Shown: piece by piece, positions 57,543 through 64,000 of the stretch
Layout: each line of letters opens with the position of its first letter
Position numbering within the stretch: the stretch's first letter is position 1
Assembly (NCBI GenBank): GCA_000092065.1
Contig: CP000583.1
Direction: 5' to 3' (one strand)
From: Ostreococcus lucimarinus
Taxonomy: Eukaryota
DNA length: 64,000 bases
The notes under the pieces: generated by a model
Told to the model about the DNA's origin: nothing
Database searches by the model: none
What the model saw: the letters and a program-made list of their open reading frames with translations, nothing else
Position numbers and translations under genes: made by a program

Positions 57543-58157
57543 ATGAATTGTGTTTTCGACATCACGCAGCGCACGCAATTTTCGGGCGCTTCCGTCAAGC
57601 CCGCGCGGGCGGTGACCATGGTGCGTGTCGCGACGGATGCGCGTGGGGTGAATAGGGTTTCCATCGCCCCGAGCGCGCGGAGTCGAGAACGCGCGAGCGA
57701 GCGAGCGTGGTGCGAACGAAGACTGACGAATGCGCGCGGGATCTTTGACGATGAACAGCCCGTCGCGCAACGACGCGGTGATTTGTGCGTGCGCGCGGCG
57801 CGCGTCGCCGGGGTTGAGATTCCAAACAACAAGAGATGCGAGACGGCGTTGACGTACGTGTACGGCATCGGCGAAACGAGCGCCAAGGCGATCATGGCGG
57901 CGACTGGTTTGGAGAACAAGCGTTTGCGTGAATTCTCTGAGCAGGAACTCACGCAATTGCGCGAAGAGGTGGAGAAGTACCAGATTGAGGGTGAACTCAG
58001 ACGCTTCATTACGATGAACATCAAGCGCTTGAAGGAGATTCAGTGCCACCGGGGTAAGATGCACATTCGCAACTTGCCGGTGCGTGGTCAGCGAACCAAG
58101 ACGAACGCGCGCACGCGCAAGGGTAAGGTTAAGACCGTGGCTGGCAAGAAGAAGTAA
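57543..58157 (+). CDS. bacterial-type ribosomal protein uS13, organellar, nuclear-encoded (alternative two-exon model 57135-57182 + 57759-58157)
   Basis: '[32 protein letters not shown]...[25 protein letters not shown]' is unmistakably uS13. Single-exon ATG 57543 gives a 90-aa presequence. Alternatively ATG 57135 (MFASIAANASAAVHAK) joins via AAG|GTACGC donor (57183), ACTGAC branch 57722-57727 and CAG acceptor 57756-57758, in frame at 57759. Confidence 0.75.
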   Translation: MNCVFDITQRTQFSGASVKPARAVTMVRVATDARGVNRVSIAPSARSRERASERAWCERRLTNARGIFDDEQPVAQRRGDLCVRAARVAGVEIPNNKRCETALTYVYGIGETSAKAIMAATGLENKRLREFSEQELTQLREEVEKYQIEGELRRFITMNIKRLKEIQCHRGKMHIRNLPVRGQRTKTNARTRKGKVKTVAGKKK

Positions 58158-58319
58158 ATTATCTTGTCAGTAGCGGCGACGGGGAGAGGAAATTTAGACA
58201 TTTCGCCTGTATCTGGGGAGCGTTTGTAGTTGGCGCGCGTTCGTAAGTTTTAATCAAACACAATAACGCCATTCTTTAAAACTACGGACTATACTATTAA
58301 TGCCTTGGAAACGAACGCG

Positions 58320-61184
58320 TCATCTTTCCCTGGGCGCCGCCGCGTAGGCGGCGTGCGCGCGCTTGAGGGAGAGGCCGCCGCGTTTTCTCGCAGACGTCGC
58401 ATCGAACTCGCTCGCGCGACCGAGGAGTTCGGACTGTAAAGTCCTTCGATGCTGAGCCGAGCGCTCTAAGCGCTCGCTTACGTCGCGCAGCTCCGTTTCG
58501 AGATCTTTGATTCGTCGTACGTCTTCCGGACGCGACTCTCGCTTTTCGTACATCGCTCGCCACTTTGAGATTTCGGCGCGAGACGCCGAGAGCGCCTCAT
58601 TCGCCACTTTCGCCGCCGATTCGTTCACGTCTTGCATGCGCGTGATGGTGATTTTGTGTTCTTTGCGCATCGAGTCGATCTCACTTTCGTGCGCGTACGC
58701 CGTAGCCACCGCGGCATCGCGCGACTTCTCCACGTCCATTGCTCGCTCGAGCTCCGCCGCGCCGAGCTCTTCTCTCGCTCGACGAAGTTGACTTCGCAAA
58801 CTCTCGCGCTCGAGCTCGAGCGTCGTGCTCACTGCGATGCACGATTCGAGCTTAGTCTCGTACTCGCGCTCGAGACGTTCGAGATCTCTCGCGTACTCGT
58901 CCGTCGCGCATTTCAATTCCTGCGCCTGGTTTGCCGCCGCCTTTTCCGCGCGATCCGCCTCGCGCGCGTCGTGTTGCGCCTCCACCTCGCGCACGGCCAA
59001 TCGAACGGCCTCAGCCATGGAATGTTTCAGCTGCTTCGCGTGTTCCTCGTCCATCATCTCTACGCGCTCACGATGCGAAGCCGTGAGGCGCTCGATTTCG
59101 CAAACGTGCGTCGCGCTGAGCGACTCGAGACGATGATTACAGTCTGCTTGCAGCTCACTCACCGCGCGATCACGCTCGAATGCCATGGTTTCTAATTGTT
59201 TGGCGTGTTGTCGGTTGATGTCGTCGATCTCTTCGCGCAACTCGCGCTCGTTTGCATGATACGCTTCGGATACGTTTGCCACCGCGCGCGCGACGTCGCC
59301 TTTCGCCTTCATCTCCATCTCAGTCATCAAGCGCTCCATGGCACTCTCGTGCGTGCGATGAGATTCTTCAATCGCAATCTGAACGTTCTCTTTCGTCTTG
59401 CGTTCCCAAAGAGCGTTCGTGCGGTTGATCTCGTCCCTCAGCTTTTGGTCGGCGAAGGATCGCTCGGATTCGTACTCGAGCTCTCGCTCGCTCATTTTCT
59501 TCTCCAATTTGTGCGTCAACGCCTCTACAGCGTTTAAAGCAAGTTTTGAGTCACGTATTTGATCGACCAGATGAGTCTCTTTAGCCTCCGCGCTTGACTT
59601 GATGCGTTCCATCTCAGCCGAGAGCGTTTGATGCCGCGCTTCGTACGTTTCCACGACGTCGTTCGCTTTAGATTCCCGCGATGTCGCGCACTCGAGCGAG
59701 CTTTCCAATCGCAGTTTCTCGTCTTTCCATTCGTTTTCTTTCCGTAACCACGCCGCGTTGAGCGCGCTGATCGCTTCCTCGTGTCGCGATTCCGCCACGT
59801 CGGCGCGCTCGGCGAATTCAGCTAACGCGCGCGCGTGATTCGCAGAATGTTCGACTTCCATCGCCTTAATGCGAGCTTCGTACGAATTCACGAGTTCGTT
59901 TGTTTCAGACTCAGCCTTTTCATTTCGCTCCTCCAAATCGCTCAACAGTTTTTTCAGTCTTTCCTCACCGTCTCTCGTAGCCAACTCGACGACGCTTTCG
60001 TTGCGCCGAATCGTCGCGCGCAAGTCGTAAATCGTTTCCTCCAACTCGTGCACGTGCTCCGCATGCGCCGTGCTCATCGCTGCTTGCGATTGTTGTTCGG
60101 TTTCAATGTTTTCGCGCAGTTTCGTACGCTCTTCGATGCTCGTCGCGTACGCCTCTTGCGACTCACTTAATTTCCGCGCGAGATCAATCTCGCTCGCAAT
60201 GAGACGATCCAAGCGTGCGCGCATGTCGCCGATCGTCGCAGTTTTATTCGTCAACTCCGTTCGCAGACCGATCACGGTCTTTTCGCGCTCATTCGCGCTC
60301 GCACTTAGCTCGTCCAGCGATCGGCGACAGGTTTCGTGCGCTCTTTGCGTGCATTCGAGTTCCGATGCCGTCTCGGCGAGCGATTTCTCCACGAACTCGT
60401 ACGCCGATCTTTGCCTATCGTACTTTTCGCGCGCCAAAGCACGTTCACGATCGAGCGAGTCTTTGTGGTCCTTTTGAACGCGTTCTAGCTCGATGGTTTT
60501 GTCGCACATTTCCTTCTTGACGCGTTCTACGCGCGCCTCGGCCTCGGCGTTGACTTTCTCCATCTCTGCCGCGTGCGCCGCGCGCAACGCTTCGATTTCT
60601 CGCGCGAATTCTTTCTCCATTTGGCCGCGTTCGTTGCGTTCGAAACGTAAATCGTTCATAAGCTCTTCTTCGACGGCTCGAGCGTTCTCCACGATGCGCA
60701 TTCGCGCCTCCATCTCCGCTCGAAGCGCCTCTTCGCGCGCTCTCTCCGTCGCCTCGCGATCGCGCTCGCAAGCCGCCTTCACGGTTGCGATTCTCACCTT
60801 GGTCTGCGCCTCGCGATTCTCATCTCGCGTCCGAAACTCTTTCGCCGCGAGTCTTAGCCGCGATTTCATCGCCGCCGTCACCTCCCTTCGCTCCTCGTTC
60901 GCGCACAATCGCATCGCGTCCGCCACCGCGCTTCGCGCCAACGCCCCGCGAGCGTCATCCTCGGCTCGTTCGCGCGCGCTCGCCTCTCTGTATATCGCGT
61001 TCGATGCCTCGTATCGCGTCAGCGCGATATCTCGCGCGAATGACTCCAGCGCGCTCGCTTTTTCCCGTTCGTGCGCGTCGCACGCCGTGTGCAGTTCGCA
61101 CACCACCTCGGTTAATCGAGCAATTTTACGCGACGCCGCGGCGACGTCGCTCGAGTCGTCGTTCGCGTCGCCGTGGACTTGCAT
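58320..61184 (-). CDS. long coiled-coil protein, 955 aa
   Basis: First ATG at 61182-61184 (MQVHGDANDD...). Upstream ORF-track extension is antisense to the ClC N-terminus. About 900 aa of E/R/A/L heptad-like sequence; no globular domain recognised. Confidence 0.5.
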   Translation of the reverse strand: MQVHGDANDDSSDVAAASRKIARLTEVVCELHTACDAHEREKASALESFARDIALTRYEASNAIYREASARERAEDDARGALARSAVADAMRLCANEERREVTAAMKSRLRLAAKEFRTRDENREAQTKVRIATVKAACERDREATERAREEALRAEMEARMRIVENARAVEEELMNDLRFERNERGQMEKEFAREIEALRAAHAAEMEKVNAEAEARVERVKKEMCDKTIELERVQKDHKDSLDRERALAREKYDRQRSAYEFVEKSLAETASELECTQRAHETCRRSLDELSASANEREKTVIGLRTELTNKTATIGDMRARLDRLIASEIDLARKLSESQEAYATSIEERTKLRENIETEQQSQAAMSTAHAEHVHELEETIYDLRATIRRNESVVELATRDGEERLKKLLSDLEERNEKAESETNELVNSYEARIKAMEVEHSANHARALAEFAERADVAESRHEEAISALNAAWLRKENEWKDEKLRLESSLECATSRESKANDVVETYEARHQTLSAEMERIKSSAEAKETHLVDQIRDSKLALNAVEALTHKLEKKMSERELEYESERSFADQKLRDEINRTNALWERKTKENVQIAIEESHRTHESAMERLMTEMEMKAKGDVARAVANVSEAYHANERELREEIDDINRQHAKQLETMAFERDRAVSELQADCNHRLESLSATHVCEIERLTASHRERVEMMDEEHAKQLKHSMAEAVRLAVREVEAQHDAREADRAEKAAANQAQELKCATDEYARDLERLEREYETKLESCIAVSTTLELERESLRSQLRRAREELGAAELERAMDVEKSRDAAVATAYAHESEIDSMRKEHKITITRMQDVNESAAKVANEALSASRAEISKWRAMYEKRESRPEDVRRIKDLETELRDVSERLERSAQHRRTLQSELLGRASEFDATSARKRGGLSLKRAHAAYAAAPRER

Positions 61185-61383
61185 CGTCGATCGTCGACGG
61201 GACGGGGTCGAGATCGCGCGTTCGAGACGACGTCGCTCTCGAGTTCGCGCGCCGCGACGCGCGTCGGTGTGTGTCGCGCGTCCCGTCGAGTCAACAAGTT
61301 GTTTGTTGACTCGCGCGAGACACGAACCGTCACGAAAGCGGGCCGAGACGCGTCCAGACGTCGGCGCGAGACACGACGACGCG

Positions 61384-63921
61384 ATGACGAGCGATGGCGC
61401 CGCGCCGACGACGCCGAACGAAGACGAGCTCGCGCTCCGCGAACCTCTCGTCGGTGGAGCGACCGCGATCGAGTCGGGGTACGACAGCGACGTCGACGTT
61501 CCCGCGGACGCCTCGGCGTCCGTGCCCGAGGCGAGAAGAGAGGAAGAACCGACGACACCAGCCACGCCACCGCGACGAGTGAACTTTCGAGGGTTCACCG
61601 CGCGCACGCAGTCGTTGTATCTCGGCACGGAACGAACGTTGAGTACGCAAACGACGGATTCGGGCGCCCCGGAGGACGCGGTGGAGAGTTTGGATTTTGC
61701 CGACGTCGATTCCCATTGGGCGCGGCGCGCGCGCGGACGCGGCGTCTTCTCCAAAGTTTCGGCGAAGTGGATCGTGGCGGCGTTCATCGGTGTCGGTGTC
61801 GGTACGATTGCGTTTCTCATCGATGTCTCGGTGCTCTATGCATACCGAGGTCGCGGGAAGCTGTTCGAAGTGTGTCGCCGACGCGTCCATCTGGCGTTGG
61901 CGATGTTTGCGTACGGCGGTGTCGGCGTCGCACTCGCCGCGATCGCTGGGGCTCTCACGACGTACGTCGCGCCGCGAGCCAAGGGTGCAGGGGTGCACTA
62001 CGTCATGGCAATGTTGAACGGAATATACATTCCGAAAGCGTTCGATGCGTCGACGCTTTGGGTTAAAGCTGTAGCCACGATCGCTGCGGTATCGTCAGGA
62101 CTTATGATCGGTCCGGAAGGGCCATTGGTACATGTGGGCGCTGCTATTGCGATGCAATTTACGCACGGAGCGTCTTCTGGTATGGCGGACCTCTTTCAAT
62201 CGGACCTCGACCGCTCTGACTTCATATCCGCGGGCGCTGCGGCCGGGATCGCCGCCGCGTTTGGCGCGCCCATCGGCGGGGTATTGTTTTCGTTGGAGGA
62301 AGCGAGCACGTTTTGGAGAGAGAGCACGACGCGCCGCGCGCTGTTTTCGGCGAGCATCGCCACTTTTGTCCTCGCACTGGCTCGCGCGGTGTTTCTGGAA
62401 GGATCGGCGGCTTCAGAACATACGCAAATGAAAAATCCTGGCTTGCTTCGTGTGGGCGATTTCGATTCGACGTACTTTTTGATAGAGCTGCCGTTCTACG
62501 CCGCCCTCGCCGGCACGTGCGGTGTGATCTCAGGCATCGTGACAAAGTCAATCATCTTTGTGTCCACCAACTACACCCCGCAGCGAAACGAACGTCGGCT
62601 TGCGCAAGTCGTTCTTGTCTCCCTGGCGTGCGTCGTAATGTTTTTCGGCGTCGCCGCCGCAGGAAAGTGCGTGACAGAGACCCCCGGTGAAGTGTCGAGA
62701 TGGAGTGAAGCGTCGATACGATTGTGGTGCGCCGAAGGTGAATACGCGGACTTGGGTTCGATTCTACTGGGCAACAAAAACGATGTCATCGCCTGGGTCC
62801 TCGGGTCGCCGGCAAAGGCGCACACTTTACACGCGTTGCTACTATCTTTCGCGACGACGCTCATCTCTCTGATCATGGCTGCGAACCTTTTCGTACCCGC
62901 TGGGCTGTTCATGCCCACAATTCTGTGGGGTTCGTTGCTCGGGCGAGCGGCGGCAATCGTCGTCGAGCACTCTTTGAGCCCGCTCGGCGATTTACGCGTG
63001 AATCCACACGCGTACGCGCTCGTCGGCGCCACCGCCGCGCTTGCTGGCACGTTTCGAGCCACGATTTCCGTCGTAATCATCGTGTTAGAGGGCGTCGGGA
63101 AGAGTGCGTTTCTATTCCCGCTCCTCATCGCCGTTGCGGGCGCAAATTTGGCGTCGCGACTATTTGGGGCGAGTCTTTACGAGGAACAACTCGTGCGCTC
63201 GAAGATTCCATTTTTGCACGCCAAGCCGCCGAAAGCGCTCCTGGACGACTCCATCACAGCCTTCGATGTGTGCGCGCGCGACGTCGTCGCTTTCAAGGCG
63301 ATCGAAAAAGTGAGTGCGATCGAAGAAGCTTTGGCCCAAACGACGCACAACGGATTCCCGATTCTCAGCGCGAAAGGCAAACGCGTCATCGGCGTCATCC
63401 TTCGCAAGCAACTGCTCGTGCTCTTATCTCGCCGAGCGTTCGTGGAGAATCTCGTCCACGCGCCCGTGTTGAACTCATCAGCCATGGAAGAAGGTCACGA
63501 CGACGACTCCGTGCTCGGCGGCCGAACGCCCGACGACGTCGTTTCGCTTCGCGTCGCCGAGTATTGCGCCGAGCTCACCAGAGTCATGCGAGGCTTCCAT
63601 CATCGTTCGAGCAGTTCTCGTCACGGTCGTCGCGCTGAGTCTTCCATCATCGCTCGACTCGGTCTCACCGACGTCGAGCGCGAGCGTCGTTGCGATCTGG
63701 GCGTCTTCATGGCGTTATCTCCCGCCTCCATCGCCGCCGACGCGCGCGCGAGAGACGCGTACGTCCTCTTCACTCGTCTCAGTCTTCGCCATCTGTGCGT
63801 CGTCGACGCCGCCACCGGCGCCATTCGCGGCATCATCACTCGTCACGATTTGTTCGACGCCGCGGAATCTGTCGATCGCTCGCTTCATCACTCCGTTTCG
63901 TCTTCTTCGATTTTGTTGTAA
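61384..63921 (+). CDS. ClC chloride channel/transporter with C-terminal CBS domains
   Basis: ATG at 61384. 'GSGIPE'-region analogue 'GAGVHYV', 'GPEGP' selectivity motif, 'GVLFSLEE', 'VPAGLFMP' (GxFxP), about 10-12 TM helices. Two CBS-like modules in the last 250 aa. Stop TAA at 63919-63921. Confidence 0.85.
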   Translation: MTSDGAAPTTPNEDELALREPLVGGATAIESGYDSDVDVPADASASVPEARREEEPTTPATPPRRVNFRGFTARTQSLYLGTERTLSTQTTDSGAPEDAVESLDFADVDSHWARRARGRGVFSKVSAKWIVAAFIGVGVGTIAFLIDVSVLYAYRGRGKLFEVCRRRVHLALAMFAYGGVGVALAAIAGALTTYVAPRAKGAGVHYVMAMLNGIYIPKAFDASTLWVKAVATIAAVSSGLMIGPEGPLVHVGAAIAMQFTHGASSGMADLFQSDLDRSDFISAGAAAGIAAAFGAPIGGVLFSLEEASTFWRESTTRRALFSASIATFVLALARAVFLEGSAASEHTQMKNPGLLRVGDFDSTYFLIELPFYAALAGTCGVISGIVTKSIIFVSTNYTPQRNERRLAQVVLVSLACVVMFFGVAAAGKCVTETPGEVSRWSEASIRLWCAEGEYADLGSILLGNKNDVIAWVLGSPAKAHTLHALLLSFATTLISLIMAANLFVPAGLFMPTILWGSLLGRAAAIVVEHSLSPLGDLRVNPHAYALVGATAALAGTFRATISVVIIVLEGVGKSAFLFPLLIAVAGANLASRLFGASLYEEQLVRSKIPFLHAKPPKALLDDSITAFDVCARDVVAFKAIEKVSAIEEALAQTTHNGFPILSAKGKRVIGVILRKQLLVLLSRRAFVENLVHAPVLNSSAMEEGHDDDSVLGGRTPDDVVSLRVAEYCAELTRVMRGFHHRSSSSRHGRRAESSIIARLGLTDVERERRCDLGVFMALSPASIAADARARDAYVLFTRLSLRHLCVVDAATGAIRGIITRHDLFDAAESVDRSLHHSVSSSSILL

Positions 63922-63978
63922 CTCCCGATCGCTCGCTTCATCACTCCGTTTCGTCTTCTTCGATTTTGTTGTAACTCC
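63873..63978 (+). repeat. perfect 53-bp tandem duplication spanning the ClC stop codon
   Basis: 'cgatcgctcgcttcatcactccgtttcgtcttcttcgattttgttgtaactcc' occurs at 63873-63925 and again at 63926-63978. Each copy encodes ...DRSLHHSVSSSSILL*. Confidence 0.85.
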
Positions 63979-64000
63979 GCCTCGCGACTCGCGAAATCCC

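Noticed and set aside
1-64000. Prokaryotic / operon interpretation of the window
   Set aside because: Gene products are eukaryote-specific (VPS13, tomosyn, RCC1, auxilin, BUD22, mS29, SPP). Genes alternate strands without operon structure. Organellar presequences and GT-AG introns are present.
1-64000. Mobile elements, rRNA, tRNA, viral insertion
   Set aside because: No transposase/RT/integrase-like ORFs, LTR/TIR pairs or rRNA-like stretches were seen. GC content is uniform, so a recent giant-virus insertion is unlikely despite ankyrin-like and P4H-like genes.

Overview
This 64 kb window is extremely GC-rich (about 65-68 percent by eye) and gene-dense. I read it as eukaryotic nuclear DNA, not prokaryotic. 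It holds about 35 protein-coding genes on both strands; intergenic spacers are 10-400 bp, rarely up to about 900 bp, and most genes are a single exon. Recognisable products are typical of a photosynthetic eukaryote: sedoheptulose-1,7-bisphosphatase, an ABA4/DUF4281 neoxanthin-synthesis protein, a carotenoid cleavage dioxygenase, a class II CPD photolyase, a plastidic glucose-transporter-like MFS protein, peptide deformylase and bacterial-type uS13. Housekeeping and trafficking genes include VPS13, tomosyn/Lgl with an R-SNARE tail, RCC1, an auxilin-like J protein, mS29/DAP3, mL54, Erv1/ALR, AK6, glyoxalase II, AAPT, a ClC channel and a Strawberry-notch helicase fragment. Many products carry Arg/Ala/Ser-rich N-terminal presequences. 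I infer three short GT-AG spliceosomal introns (PDF, mL54, uS13); each has an ACTGAC branch motif whose A lies 31-32 nt upstream of the 3' splice site. TGTAA poly(A)-signal-like pentamers sit just downstream of several stop codons. Taken together this fits an intron-poor, GC-rich green alga (Mamiellophyceae-like, e.g. Micromonas/Ostreococcus-type); this is an inference, not a database hit. I found no rRNA, tRNA, CRISPR or transposon-like genes. The ORF track reports GTG/TTG as M at ORF starts, so I re-derived start codons as true ATG. Many long Arg-rich ORFs are antisense artefacts of the GC content. The most unusual items are: a near-identical 90-bp in-frame tandem array encoding about 17 ankyrin-like 30-aa repeats; two-exon models for mL54 and PDF (and possibly uS13) that the single-ORF track hides; head-to-head gene pairs with ATGs 8-11 bp apart; a GT7 beta4GalT-like domain lacking a membrane anchor and fused to a zinc-finger tail; and a 53-bp tandem duplication spanning the ClC stop codon.
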